From: Clostridia bacterium
GTDB lineage: Bacteria > Bacillota > Clostridia > Christensenellales > UBA1242
Assembly (NCBI GenBank): GCA_017452445.1
Contig: JAFTMH010000002.1
Span: 129,697 to 193,696 of the forward strand
DNA: 64,000 nt
Direction: 5' to 3'
Under the pieces are notes generated by a model. It searched no databases and had not been told where the DNA came from. It saw only the letters and a list, made by a program, of their open reading frames with translations. Shown here piece after piece: positions 10,110-20,219 of the stretch (positions are counted from its first letter, which is position 1; the number at the start of each line of letters is the position of its first letter). The position numbers were made by a program, and so were the translations under genes.

Positions 10110-11689
10110 TGATTCAGTCAATTAATGTTTCACTTGCATTTGGTGGAAGAAAATTATACAAAGATGTAAATCTTAAGTTTACAAAAGGCAACTGCTATGG
10201 CATCATCGGTGCAAATGGAGCAGGAAAATCAACATTTTTAAAGATTTTGACAGGAGAAATCGAGCCAAACACTGGCGAAATCATCATCACACCTGGCGAA
10301 AGAATGTCAGTGTTGGAACAAAACCAAAACAAATATGACACCGAAACCGTGCTCAACACAGTTTTGCTTGGTCATAAAAGATTGATGGAAATCCAACAAG
10401 AAAAAGATGCCCTCTATGCAAAACCTGACTTTTCTGATGAAGATGGCATTCGCGCTGGCGAACTTGAAACCGAATTTGCCGAACTTGGTGGTTGGGAAGC
10501 CGATGGCGAAGCAAAAACTCTCTTGCAAAACATGGGAGTTGAAGAAGATTTGTTTGAAGAAACAATGGCAAACCTCGACTCAAAGATAAAAGTCAAAGTT
10601 TTGCTTGCACAAGCATTGTTTGGAAATCCAGATATTTTGGTGCTTGACGAACCAACAAACAACCTTGACTTCAAAACAATCAGATGGCTTGAAAACTTTT
10701 TGCTTGATTTTGAAAACATCGTTATTATCGTATCGCACAACAGACACTTCCTCAACAAAGTCTGCACACATATCTGCGATGTTGACTTTGGCGAAATCAA
10801 TATGTATCTTGGAAACTATGATTTCTGGTATGAAACAAGTCAACTTCTTGCAAGACAAGCAAAAGACCAAAACAAAAAAGCAGAACAAAGAGCAAAAGAA
10901 CTTAAAGAATTTATCGCAAGATTTTCTGCCAACGCTTCAAAATCAAAACAAGCAACCAGCAGAAAGAAAGAGTTGGAAAAACTTACACTTGACGACTTTA
11001 AACCTTCTTCAAGAAAATATCCTTATGTAGATTTTAAATACGAACAAGAAATCGGCAAAGAACTCTTGAAAGTTGAAGGACTTACAAAGAAAGGAATGTT
11101 TAAAAACCTTTCATTTACAGTAGAACACGACCAAAAAATCGCATTTTTGTCATCAAACAGCCTTGTTTTGACAACATTGTTCAACATTTTGGCAGGAAAA
11201 GAAGAAGCAGACAGTGGAACAATCCGTTGGGGCAAAACAATCAAATATTCTTATTTGCCACAAGATAACAGAGAATATTTTGATGGTTGTCACCTCAGCA
11301 TTGTTGACTGGCTTAGACAATATTCAAAAGACAAAACCGAAAGTTATGTCAGAGGTTGGCTTGGAAGAATGCTTTTCTCTGGCGAAGAAAGCTTGAAAGA
11401 AGTGCATGTGCTTTCTGGTGGTGAAAAAGTAAGATGTATGTTGGCAAAAATTATGCTCGAATCAGGCAACTTCTTGATGCTTGACGAACCAACAAACCAC
11501 CTTGACCTTGAAAGTATCACTTCTCTCAACAAAGGTATGACAAATTTCAAAGGTGGAATGCTTTTTGCAACAGGCGACCAAGAAATCATCGAAACTGTTG
11601 CAAACAGAATTATTGATATTGTTGATGAAAACACAATTATTGACAAGCAAATGTCGTATGAAGAATATGTTGAAAAATTTAAAAATTAA
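10109..11689 (+). CDS. ABC-F family ATPase with two nucleotide-binding domains and no membrane domain; one composite ATP site is degenerate
   Basis: NBD1 has Walker A GANGAGKST and Walker B ILVLDEPTNNLD. NBD2 has signature LSGGEKVR and Walker B FLMLDEPTNHLD. A charged linker QAKDQNKKAEQRAKELKEFI joins them. The NBD1 signature is LDSKIK and the NBD2 Walker A is SSNSLVLTT, both degenerate. AAGGAG RBS. Confidence 0.9.
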   Translation: MIQSINVSLAFGGRKLYKDVNLKFTKGNCYGIIGANGAGKSTFLKILTGEIEPNTGEIIITPGERMSVLEQNQNKYDTETVLNTVLLGHKRLMEIQQEKDALYAKPDFSDEDGIRAGELETEFAELGGWEADGEAKTLLQNMGVEEDLFEETMANLDSKIKVKVLLAQALFGNPDILVLDEPTNNLDFKTIRWLENFLLDFENIVIIVSHNRHFLNKVCTHICDVDFGEINMYLGNYDFWYETSQLLARQAKDQNKKAEQRAKELKEFIARFSANASKSKQATSRKKELEKLTLDDFKPSSRKYPYVDFKYEQEIGKELLKVEGLTKKGMFKNLSFTVEHDQKIAFLSSNSLVLTTLFNILAGKEEADSGTIRWGKTIKYSYLPQDNREYFDGCHLSIVDWLRQYSKDKTESYVRGWLGRMLFSGEESLKEVHVLSGGEKVRCMLAKIMLESGNFLMLDEPTNHLDLESITSLNKGMTNFKGGMLFATGDQEIIETVANRIIDIVDENTIIDKQMSYEEYVEKFKN

Positions 11690-11710
11690 TTAATTAAAAA
11701 TAAACAAAAA

Positions 11711-11735
11711 AACCGGTCAAAATGATCGGTTTTTT
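11711..11735 (+). terminator. Intrinsic terminator after the ABC-F gene
   Basis: AACCGGTC / GATCGGTT form an 8 bp stem (one G.U pair) with loop AAAAT, followed by a T run. Confidence 0.7.
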
Positions 11736-11817
11736 ATATTTTTAATATTTTTTATTTATTTTTTTGACATTTTTTCGGCATTTTTTGCTATTTTTAACAA
11801 TTTTTTGAAATTATTTT

Positions 11818-12315
11818 TTAATATTTTTTTATATATTTTCCACCAATATTTTTGTTGTCAATTTCTTTTGTTTGTTTTACCGAACAACAAATTCCATTTT
11901 TGATTCTAAATGAATATGTTGTTGAAGATCCATCTTCTTCTTTAATCTTAACCTTTCCTTCTTTTTCAGAAAGACCAACAATTGCATACAACCTTCTTTC
12001 CAAGTTGTGATCGCCATGATTTTTATACAATGCAACCATAACTGAATCAGGATCCCTTTCCAATCTAACCAAATCAATTGAAGCAACTTTATTTTTTCTG
12101 TCAACCCACTTTGCAACACCGTGATAAATTGAAACATTTTTTGTTTTAACTCTTGCAGCGACCAAAAACATAGAAATTGTGCGAGAAACATCTTCAAGAT
12201 CAGCAATTTTGCTAAGTCCCATTGTTGCAAACACCTTTTTTTCCGTTTCTGTAAGGTCAATTGCTGGTTGATAGTTGTTTTCTTTTAAATGTTGATGAAT
12301 TGTCACTCTGTTCAT
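11818..12315 (-). CDS. Hypothetical protein
   Basis: 165 aa ORF starting at ATG with an AGGGAG RBS. No recognised family. Confidence 0.55.
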   Translation of the reverse strand: MNRVTIHQHLKENNYQPAIDLTETEKKVFATMGLSKIADLEDVSRTISMFLVAARVKTKNVSIYHGVAKWVDRKNKVASIDLVRLERDPDSVMVALYKNHGDHNLERRLYAIVGLSEKEGKVKIKEEDGSSTTYSFRIKNGICCSVKQTKEIDNKNIGGKYIKKY

Positions 12316-12430
12316 ATTATTTCTCCCTATTACTTTTTTAATATAACATACACTTTTTTTGTTTTCAAGATGTTTTTTGCAGTTTTTTTATGATTTTTTG
12401 ATCATTTTTTTCTCTTTTATAAAAATAGGA

Positions 12431-12459
12431 TTGACATTTTTTTTGTTTTAATCTAAAAT
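12431..12459 (+). promoter_or_regulatory. Promoter of the glyQS T-box leader
   Basis: TTGACA at 12431-12436, a 17 nt spacer, TAAAAT at 12454-12459. Confidence 0.75.
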
Positions 12460-12465
12460 AAGCAT

Positions 12466-12611
12466 AGCATTGATGGAATTGGCAACTCCGGAGCAGACGC
12501 TTGTCGGCGTAAAGACGGTTAAACGAGGTAAGATTCATTCTTATAAAATAGGGTGGAACAGCGGTTATAGATATAGTCGCCCCTGTGCTTAAACAAGCAT
12601 AGGGGTTTTTT
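12466..12611 (+). promoter_or_regulatory. T-box riboswitch leader (glycine type) with terminator/antiterminator
   Basis: T-box sequence GGGTGGAACAGCGG at 12551-12564. Its UGGA fits a tRNA-Gly U73 discriminator base. Candidate specifier GGC(A) at 12481-12484. Terminator CCCCTGTGCTT-AAAC-AAGCATAGGGG plus T6 at 12580-12611. It sits directly upstream of glyQS. Confidence 0.85.
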
Positions 12612-12647
12612 GTTGCCTATGCTAAAAACACAAAAAGGAGAATTTTT

Positions 12648-14048
12648 ATGAGCGAACAACAAAATTTGACAATGGAAAAAATCGTAAACCTTTGCAAATC
12701 AAGAGGTTTTGTATTTCCAGGAAGTGAGATCTATGGTGGTCTTGCAAATGCGTGGGACTACGGTCCTTTGGGCGTAGAACTCAAAAACAACATCAAAAAA
12801 GCATGGTGGCAAAAATTTGTAACAGAATGCGAATACAATGTCGGCCTTGACAGCGCAATCTTGATGAATCCAAGAGTTTGGAAGGCATCTGGTCACTTGG
12901 GTGGATTTTCTGACCCATTGATGGATTGCAAATCTTGCAAATCTCGTCACAGAGCAGACAAACTTATTGCTGATTATGTTGCAGAAAACAATTTGGACAT
13001 CGACATCTCTGGTTGGGAAACTGACAACGAAAAAATGGAAAAATTTGTTGCTGACAACCAAATCAAGTGTCCAGAATGTGGAAAGTGTGACTTTACACCA
13101 ATCAGAAAGTTTAATCTTATGTTTAAAACATTTATGGGTGTAACAGAAGACTCTACAAACACAATTTATCTTAGACCAGAAACAGCACAAGGTATTTTTG
13201 CAAACTTTAAAAATGTTTTGAGATCAACAAGAAGCAGAATGCCACTCGGTGTTGGACAAATCGGAAAATCATTTAGAAACGAAATCACTCCAGGAAACTT
13301 TATTTTCAGAACAAGAGAATTTGAACAAATGGAACTCGAATTTTTCTGCAAACCTGGCACAGACCTTGAATGGTTTGCTTATTGGAGAAACTTCTGCAAA
13401 GAATGGCTCTTGTATATGGGCATCGATGAAAGCAAATTGAGACTTAGAGACCACTCTCCTGAAGAACTTTGCTTCTATTCAAAAGCAACAACTGACTTCG
13501 AATTTTTGTTCCCATTTGGTTGGGGCGAACTTTGGGGAATTGCAGACAGAACAGATTATGACTTGACACAACATGCAAACGAATCAAAACAAAACCTTGA
13601 ATATATCGACCCAGTGACAAACGAAACATACATTCCATATGTTATCGAACCATCTTTGGGTGTTGACAGAATGTTTTTGACAGTTTTGTGCAATGCTTAC
13701 AACGAAGAAGAACTTGAAAATGGTGAAACAAGAACAGTTTTGAAACTTGCTCCACATCTTGCACCTTTCAAAGCAGCTGTGCTTCCACTTTCAAAGAAGT
13801 TGTCTGAAAAGGCAAGCGAAGTTTACAGAAATCTCTGCAAATTGTTCCCATGTGACTATGACGAAGCTGGTTCAATCGGAAAGAGATATCGCCGTGAAGA
13901 CGAAATCGGAACTCCATTCTGCATCACAATCGACTTTGACACACTTGAAGACAACGCTGTGACTGTAAGAGACAGAGACACAATGCAACAAGTTAGACTT
14001 CCAATCGATCAACTTGGCGAATATATTGCAAACGCAACAAAATTTTAA
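12648..14048 (+). CDS. glyQS: Glycine--tRNA ligase, homodimeric class II type
   Basis: 466 aa. The N-terminus [34 protein letters not shown] is typical of GlyQS, and RPETAQGIF and GVDR motifs are present. AAGGAG RBS and an upstream T-box. Confidence 0.95.
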   Translation: MSEQQNLTMEKIVNLCKSRGFVFPGSEIYGGLANAWDYGPLGVELKNNIKKAWWQKFVTECEYNVGLDSAILMNPRVWKASGHLGGFSDPLMDCKSCKSRHRADKLIADYVAENNLDIDISGWETDNEKMEKFVADNQIKCPECGKCDFTPIRKFNLMFKTFMGVTEDSTNTIYLRPETAQGIFANFKNVLRSTRSRMPLGVGQIGKSFRNEITPGNFIFRTREFEQMELEFFCKPGTDLEWFAYWRNFCKEWLLYMGIDESKLRLRDHSPEELCFYSKATTDFEFLFPFGWGELWGIADRTDYDLTQHANESKQNLEYIDPVTNETYIPYVIEPSLGVDRMFLTVLCNAYNEEELENGETRTVLKLAPHLAPFKAAVLPLSKKLSEKASEVYRNLCKLFPCDYDEAGSIGKRYRREDEIGTPFCITIDFDTLEDNAVTVRDRDTMQQVRLPIDQLGEYIANATKF

Positions 14049-14060
14049 TTGAAAAAGAAA

Positions 14061-14090
14061 AAGCAAGAGATTAAACTCTTGCTTTTTTTT
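14061..14090 (+). terminator. Intrinsic terminator, probably bidirectional, between the convergent glyQS and the 14089-14493 gene
   Basis: AAGCAAGAG / CTCTTGCTT stem followed by T8. Confidence 0.7.
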
Positions 14091-14493
14091 AATCATTATA
14101 ATATTTTTTAGGCAGTTCGTAAATATAATTCCCTTCAATCAATCCTACAAGAAAATCCTTTTGTTTTTCTGACAATTGATCAAAATTTGTGTTAAAAAGT
14201 TTTTCCCAATCAATATATTCTTCTGTGTCAGCATTGTATAAAGTTGGAGTTTTGGGACTAAATATATCCCAAATTTCTTTTGCAAGCACATTTCTGCCAT
14301 AATCGTCTCTCATTTTGGCTGCTTCTTCATACACTTCACTCTTTACATCTTTTCTGCTGAGAGAAGTTGCTTTCAATTTAAAAGTTCTATATTGTTTGTA
14401 ACTTTCCAACAATTCTGGTGCTTTGTTAAAATTAAATCTGCAGTTTATATCTATGTTTGCTTTTTTCTTCTTAAAAATATCAAAGATCCCCAT
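14089..14493 (-). CDS. Hypothetical protein
   Basis: 134 aa ORF, ATG with AAAAGGAG RBS. Confidence 0.55.
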   Translation of the reverse strand: MGIFDIFKKKKANIDINCRFNFNKAPELLESYKQYRTFKLKATSLSRKDVKSEVYEEAAKMRDDYGRNVLAKEIWDIFSPKTPTLYNADTEEYIDWEKLFNTNFDQLSEKQKDFLVGLIEGNYIYELPKKYYND

Positions 14494-14507
14494 ATTTCAC
14501 TCCTTTT

Positions 14508-14819
14508 CTATTCCCAAACTTCTTTACACCACTTGTATCTGTTGCATGAAGGACATTTTACTCTTTTTCTTGTCGCTATGTGTGGTGCCAAAAATATTTC
14601 GATTGTTTTTGCATAGAAAACATATCCACAATCAGGACATCTGTATTTTACATTTTTAATATAAAACACAGCAAGCCACACAATCGAAATCAACATCAGT
14701 GCTATTGACACAGCAAACGGAATCCAAATGTTTAATTTTTCGTATATGATTGATGCTGCAACCACAAACAAAACGCTGACTGCACATAAAATCATATATA
14801 TGATATATTTTTTCTTCAT
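14508..14819 (-). CDS. Small membrane protein with a C-terminal Cys4 zinc-ribbon
   Basis: Two hydrophobic helices followed by CPDC...(19)...CPSC. AGGGGA RBS. Confidence 0.55.
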   Translation of the reverse strand: MKKKYIIYMILCAVSVLFVVAASIIYEKLNIWIPFAVSIALMLISIVWLAVFYIKNVKYRCPDCGYVFYAKTIEIFLAPHIATRKRVKCPSCNRYKWCKEVWE

Positions 14820-14915
14820 AATTTTCCCCTATAGATTTATTATATCACAAAAGTATTTTATTTTCTATAAAAAACAACATATTAAAAAAAGAACTCTAAA
14901 TGAGCCCTTTTTTTG

Positions 14916-15746
14916 TTATTTACCTTCGTAACCAATCATCAAGCCGCCCTTTTCTGCATAGAAACTGCAAAGTCCTTTACATTCGTCAATTTCGACTTCG
15001 CAATTTGGATATTCAGCAACGATTGTTTCTTTAAGTCTGTTTGCAGATTCAAGTCCTTGACAATGAGCAATTTTGATAATTCCACCATCAAACCCATTTT
15101 CTTTCATATATTTGTAAAGTGTTTCAATTGCTTTCTTTTCACCAAGTGCTTTGTGAACAGGTTGAATTGTGCCTTCGTTTGCTCTGCCGATGATTGAAAG
15201 TGGAAGAATGCCCACCACTTTTGCTGCCAACCAACTTACTCTGCCGTTTTTTGCAAGATTGTTGAGTGACTTCAAACAGAACAATGTGTGTGTTGATTTT
15301 TTGTATTCTTCAATTTTGTTGTATACTTCTTCTGCTGACAAGCCTTCTTCAACATATTGCTTGATTTTTCTTGCAATAAGTTCGAGTTCTGGACCTGCAG
15401 AAAGAGAATCAATCACATAGATTTTTTGATTTGGATTTGCTTCTTCACAATCATTTTTTGCTTGAACTGCAGCAGCATAACTGCCTGACAATTTGCTTGT
15501 GATTGTGATTGCAAAAACAACATCTGCGCCCGCAAAAGCATCTGTCCATTCTGCAATGTTTGGACATGATGTGCCTGTTTTGCCTTTTACTGTTTTGAGA
15601 TCTTCGATCATTTGCACAACATCAAGGTTTGCATCATCAACATATTCTTTTTCTTCTGTGATGATTTTGAGTGGAACAGAAACAAATTCTACCCCTTCAA
15701 TAGCAATCATATTGGCAGATGAGTCTGCAACGATTTTATAATTCAT
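14916..15746 (-). CDS. DegV family fatty-acid-binding protein
   Basis: The DegV-like N-terminus MNYKIVADSSANM and the protein length fit the family. I chose the ATG at 15746 (AGGAGA RBS 5 nt upstream) over the track start at 15764. Confidence 0.8.
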   Translation of the reverse strand: MNYKIVADSSANMIAIEGVEFVSVPLKIITEEKEYVDDANLDVVQMIEDLKTVKGKTGTSCPNIAEWTDAFAGADVVFAITITSKLSGSYAAAVQAKNDCEEANPNQKIYVIDSLSAGPELELIARKIKQYVEEGLSAEEVYNKIEEYKKSTHTLFCLKSLNNLAKNGRVSWLAAKVVGILPLSIIGRANEGTIQPVHKALGEKKAIETLYKYMKENGFDGGIIKIAHCQGLESANRLKETIVAEYPNCEVEIDECKGLCSFYAEKGGLMIGYEGK

Positions 15747-15893
15747 AATTTCTCCTGCAAGCAACCATTGTTGCTTATTCTTCTATATTATAATGTAAAG
15801 CATTTGCAAATGTCAAAGGTTTTTAGAAAACTGATAAAGGGTTTTTGTTGACTGAAAAAGTTAAATTTTGTATAATAATCTTGCGAGGTAAAA

Positions 15894-16418
15894 ATGAACA
15901 CAAATTTTCAACAACAACTTGCTCAACCAATCAAAACTTTCAAGTTGCCAAGATTTAATGAAATCCCAACAATGGGACTTTATTTGGAACAAGTTACAAA
16001 ATATATCTCTGACATTTTTCAACCATTGCAAGTGGTCAACATCACAAGTTCGATGATCAGCAACTATGTCAAACAAGGGATTGTCTCTGCACCAATCAAA
16101 AAACAATATTCAAGGGATTTGATTGCTCACCTTATCTATGTTGCAGTCATAAAAAATGTGATTTCTCTTGAAGATATCAAAGTTATGTTTGATGTCAAAG
16201 AGGGCGTTTACACAAACGAAACTGCTTACAACTATTTCTGTGAAGAATTTGAAAATGTGTTGCAATATGTTTATAGCATCAAAACATCTTTGGACAAGGT
16301 TGGAGTTGAACATTCAAATGAAAAACTTATGCTCAGAAACGCTATTGTGACAGTAGCGCACAAAATTTATTTGGACAACTGTTTCTTGACAATCAAAAAT
16401 TGGAAAAACCAAAAATAG
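15894..16418 (+). CDS. DUF1836-type protein, a family commonly paired with DegV
   Basis: The pattern LPRFNEIPTMGLYLEQV ... ITSSMISNYVKQGIV.APIKKQYSRDLIAHL matches my memory of DUF1836. The gene is divergent from degV. Confidence 0.65.
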   Translation: MNTNFQQQLAQPIKTFKLPRFNEIPTMGLYLEQVTKYISDIFQPLQVVNITSSMISNYVKQGIVSAPIKKQYSRDLIAHLIYVAVIKNVISLEDIKVMFDVKEGVYTNETAYNYFCEEFENVLQYVYSIKTSLDKVGVEHSNEKLMLRNAIVTVAHKIYLDNCFLTIKNWKNQK

Positions 16419-16465
16419 AAAAATAAAAAAGACCTTTTTTCAAGGTCTTTTTTTCTTTCAAACGA

Positions 16466-16687
16466 TTAGATGTTCAAAAGTCTCAAAATGTGCTTTTGTG
16501 TAATCATAAGAACAAGGTCAACTACCCAAAGAATGAATCCAAGACCAATGATACGAATGATACCAGCAACAATTTTGCCTTCTTTAAATCTTGTGAGAGC
16601 TCCACACAACCAAGCTGTGAAAGGAATGATTGCGAGAATGATGCTTACAAGATATCCGAGTCCAAAGTAATCAGATTTCTTAGCCAT
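16466..16687 (-). CDS. Small two-helix membrane protein
   Basis: 73 aa with two hydrophobic spans. AAAGGAG RBS. Confidence 0.5.
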   Translation of the reverse strand: MAKKSDYFGLGYLVSIILAIIPFTAWLCGALTRFKEGKIVAGIIRIIGLGFILWVVDLVLMITQKHILRLLNI

Positions 16688-16797
16688 TTTGTTTTCTCCT
16701 TTTAATAAATTGTTACTTTTATTTTACAATCAATATAAAACAAAGTCAACAATTTGACTTAATAAATATATATGATTCTCATATTTTTTTTATGCCT

Positions 16798-17553
16798 TTA
16801 TCTAAACATTTTATCTTTTTTTGTGAGCATAGTCCAACCAAGCATTGTCTTAAACAAAACAGCCCAATAAGTCAGCCTTGCACTATCCAAAAATTCTTTA
16901 CACTCGTCCACTTCCGATCGTGATAAAACTTCACTCAAAAACTCGATCGCAAAGTCAGATGCTTCTTTTTCTATTTCTATTTCTTTATATTTCAAATACA
17001 AAGCAAAAAAGAAAATCAAAAGTGAAAGCCCCATGCAAGAAAATGCTGAAATTAAAACAGCAAGTTGTTCCAAAACCGAAAATGCATAAAGTACACCAAG
17101 CACTGCCCCAACCAACATAAATGGCATAAACAATCTGCCGAGCCTGCGTCCATTTTTACGCAACTTTAAATGCTTTTTGAGTTTGTCACCTTCTTGATCT
17201 TGTTTTGCGTGACCAAGTTCGTGCGACACTGTGGCAAAAGATGCCAAACTGTTTGAATACATTGTTTCGTTGCTCAACGCAACCATGCCTTGCGAATAAT
17301 GATCTTGATATTTTTCACATCTGGCAATCTTCAACGAATTTTCAAAATAAGTTTTGTTTATCGCTTGCACATATTGCATTGTTGAAATACCACGAGAGTT
17401 TTGTATTTTGTTGTTTTTTTCGTGCATCTGATAAAAGTTTTCTCCGGCAAAAGATGCTATTGCCAAACACAAACAAAGCAACAACACAAGCGCACCAACA
17501 CAACCAATAATTACATAAGTTATCATATTGATAGTATATATTTTTTTATGCAA
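16798..17553 (-). CDS. Membrane zinc metallopeptidase (YugP / Zn_peptidase_2-like)
   Basis: HELGH motif (VSHELGHAKQ) flanked by transmembrane helices. The start is uncertain: TTG at 17553 or ATG at 17526, neither with a clear SD. Confidence 0.6.
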   Translation of the reverse strand: MHKKIYTINMITYVIIGCVGALVLLLCLCLAIASFAGENFYQMHEKNNKIQNSRGISTMQYVQAINKTYFENSLKIARCEKYQDHYSQGMVALSNETMYSNSLASFATVSHELGHAKQDQEGDKLKKHLKLRKNGRRLGRLFMPFMLVGAVLGVLYAFSVLEQLAVLISAFSCMGLSLLIFFFALYLKYKEIEIEKEASDFAIEFLSEVLSRSEVDECKEFLDSARLTYWAVLFKTMLGWTMLTKKDKMFR

Positions 17554-17570
17554 TAAATCAACTTATTAAA

Positions 17571-19466
17571 TTATGTTTGCAACAAAACTGTATCTCCTTC
17601 GTTTAGGATTGTGCCTGCAGGTGGAAGCTGTTTAACCACAAATCCACCTTGCCCATCAATTTCACAACGCAAATTTTGTTTTGCAAGCATTGCAATCGCA
17701 TTTGAAACACTTAAACCTTCAAGATGAGGCATAGTTGTCTTTTTTATTTCAACTGACAGGTTGTCTTTTTTGATATCGAAAAACTCAAAATACTTTTCAA
17801 AAAACAGTTTGCCATAAGGTGCAGCAACAACAGCCCCATAATATGCGCCAGCACTTGGTTCGTCCACCAAAATCACAAACAAAAGGTCAGGATTGTTTGC
17901 AGGATATGTGCCTATAAAACTTGATATATATTTTCCGTTTGCAATCCTTCCACTTTCATCATATTTTTGTGCAGTGCCTGTTTTTCCACCAATGTTGTAA
18001 CCTTCAACAAATGAAAAATCGGCTGTTTTGTTTTCTGCCTTTTCTAGCAGAAAGTTGACCTGTTTGCTGGTCTTGGAAGAAACAATCCTTTGGGGTTTGT
18101 TTGGATTTTGGTATAGTTGTTTGCCTGAAACATCAACAATGCTTTTGATCACTGTTGGAGTGTTGAAAATTCCATCATTTGTGATTGCGCACACAATGCT
18201 TGCAAGTTGAATAGGTGTCACTGCAATCGCATGCCCAAAACCCATGCGTGCCAAATCTACATTTTTGACATTTTGTTTTGACATAACAATCCCTGCACTT
18301 TCGCCTTTGATTGTAATGCCCGTTTTCTTGCCAAGACCAAATCTTTGCATATAGTCATAAAACCTGTCTTTGCCAAGTCGAAGCGCCAAATCCATAAAAC
18401 AACAGTTGCACGAGTTTGCAAAAGCTTCTATCAAATTTTGACTGCCATGACCTATGCTTCGCCAACACTTTATCCTTTGTCCATCAACAATGCGATAACC
18501 TGGGCAATAAAATCTATCATCAAAGTTTGTCAGCCCTTCTTCAAGTGCAGCAGCAACTGTCAAAATTTTGAATGTTGACCCAGGTTCGTAAGTGTCTGTC
18601 ACTGCTTTCATTTTTGAATATTCAAACAATGCTTTCAAATCATCTCTTGGCACATTGTTGAGATCAAAACTTGGTTTTGAAGAAATCGCAAGTACCTCTC
18701 CACTTTTGATATCAAGCACCATTCCTGTGACAGCTTTTGCTTTTTGATCAATGTATGCTTGCATCAAAACTTGCTCAAGCAAAATTTGAATCTTACTATT
18801 TGCTGTCAGTGTTACATCTGCGCCAGCTATCCCTTCAACATAATATCTTATCGAGTTTGAAATCTCTTTGCCTTGCAAATCGCTTTGCACACTGCTGTAG
18901 CCATCAATACCTGTAAGATAGTCATTTAAATAAGCTTCAAGCCCTGCTTGCCCTTGATTGTCGATAGATGAAAAACCTAAAAGTTGAGTAAGCAAATCCC
19001 CATAGACATAATATCTGCCTACATTTTCAGACATATAAATTCCATCTGCTTTAAGTGCATAAATTTGTTGTGCCAAATCACCTTCTATGTTCATTTTAAG
19101 CAACACTTCCGAAACTTTTTTGTTTTGAAGTTTGCTTTTTGTTTTTTCAAAATCCAATTGCAAAAGTTTCGAAAGTTGACTTGCCAACTCTTCGGCATTT
19201 TTCACTTCTCTTGCCCTTGCATAAACATTATAAGTGGTGTAACTGACTGCCAAAGTGTCGCCTGTTGCATCAAAAAAAGAACCTCTTGGAGCAGTCAATG
19301 TCAAATCTCTTGTCCATTGATCAGTTGCTCTTTGTTGAAGTTCTTTTCCATTTATTATTTGCACTACAAAAAGCTTTACACACAAACTGCAGAAGATGAT
19401 AATCAATGTCAAAAATATTGCTTTAATCCTCTTTTGCAGTGAAAATAATGTGTAAGGTTTTTGCAA
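17571..19466 (-). CDS. Class B penicillin-binding protein (FtsI/PBP2B-like) with a C-terminal PASTA domain
   Basis: Transpeptidase motifs STFK, SCN and KTGTA are present, with an N-terminal TM helix. I chose the TTG at 19466 (GGAGG 6 nt upstream, 2 nt after the upstream stop) over the track TTG at 19502. Confidence 0.9.
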   Translation of the reverse strand: MQKPYTLFSLQKRIKAIFLTLIIIFCSLCVKLFVVQIINGKELQQRATDQWTRDLTLTAPRGSFFDATGDTLAVSYTTYNVYARAREVKNAEELASQLSKLLQLDFEKTKSKLQNKKVSEVLLKMNIEGDLAQQIYALKADGIYMSENVGRYYVYGDLLTQLLGFSSIDNQGQAGLEAYLNDYLTGIDGYSSVQSDLQGKEISNSIRYYVEGIAGADVTLTANSKIQILLEQVLMQAYIDQKAKAVTGMVLDIKSGEVLAISSKPSFDLNNVPRDDLKALFEYSKMKAVTDTYEPGSTFKILTVAAALEEGLTNFDDRFYCPGYRIVDGQRIKCWRSIGHGSQNLIEAFANSCNCCFMDLALRLGKDRFYDYMQRFGLGKKTGITIKGESAGIVMSKQNVKNVDLARMGFGHAIAVTPIQLASIVCAITNDGIFNTPTVIKSIVDVSGKQLYQNPNKPQRIVSSKTSKQVNFLLEKAENKTADFSFVEGYNIGGKTGTAQKYDESGRIANGKYISSFIGTYPANNPDLLFVILVDEPSAGAYYGAVVAAPYGKLFFEKYFEFFDIKKDNLSVEIKKTTMPHLEGLSVSNAIAMLAKQNLRCEIDGQGGFVVKQLPPAGTILNEGDTVLLQT

Positions 19467-19468
19467 TT

Positions 19469-20182
19469 TTAACCTCCAAAAATTCCACCTATGAAATTGC
19501 AAATTCTGTCAAACCAATTGCTTTTTTCACCCGTGTCGCCAGCTTCATTCAAATCTTCTGGATATGTCGGAATGATTTCCATGCTCTCTTTTGTTGTGTC
19601 AAGTTTTGCAAGGTTTTTAAGATATTTGGCAAGATTGAGTTGGTATGTTTCATCAAGACTTACAATCGAAGATTGCATATTGTCAATGATCACAGCATTT
19701 GTCACGCAAATTGTTGCACTCAACCCAAAAGCAATCGCAAGTGCCAAAAACCAGTTTTTCTTTTTTGATTCGGGTTTTTGTTTGTCTTGTTTTTTGCGAC
19801 CAAGTTTGACAATTTTTTTGTTTTCTTCAATCAAATCATAGTTTGGTTTTTCAATAATATTTTGATTGGCTGTCTGGTTTTCTTCTTCTGTTTTTGCTTC
19901 TGTTTCAAATTGTTGTTGAATAAGTGTTTCTTTTTCTTTTTTAAACTGCTCTGCTTTTTCTTGTTCTTCTTTTCTTTTGAAGTCTCCAATTGTGATGTCA
20001 TCAAGCGAATTAAGATATTCAGTCTTTGAAGAAACAACTTCTTCTGGCGAAGGTGTTATTTTTTTTATAGTTATCTTTGGCAATTTGCGTTCGGTTTCTA
20101 TTTGTTGAGTTTTTGTTTCTTCTGTTTTTGTTTCTTCTTCAACAACAGTTTCTGTTTCTTTTTCCAAAACAAGCTTTTCCAT
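19469..20182 (-). CDS. Bitopic membrane protein in the FtsL position, with a long Glu/Lys/Thr-rich N-terminal extension
   Basis: One TM helix (WFLALAIAFGLSATICVTNAVII). It lies between rsmH and the PBP gene, as ftsL does in division clusters. This is a position-based call only. Confidence 0.45.
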   Translation of the reverse strand: MEKLVLEKETETVVEEETKTEETKTQQIETERKLPKITIKKITPSPEEVVSSKTEYLNSLDDITIGDFKRKEEQEKAEQFKKEKETLIQQQFETEAKTEEENQTANQNIIEKPNYDLIEENKKIVKLGRKKQDKQKPESKKKNWFLALAIAFGLSATICVTNAVIIDNMQSSIVSLDETYQLNLAKYLKNLAKLDTTKESMEIIPTYPEDLNEAGDTGEKSNWFDRICNFIGGIFGG

Positions 20183-20219
20183 ATATTTATATTAACCTCC
20201 TTCGTTTGATATTCGTTTT

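Noticed and set aside
10307-11650. Many 60-140 aa ORFs overlap the ABC-F gene on both strands. Similar stacks lie over glyQS, mnmE, mnmG, recF and the PBP gene.
   Set aside because: They are alternative-frame or antisense ORFs inside well-supported genes, with no RBS and low-complexity translations. This is typical of stop-poor frames in biased sequence.
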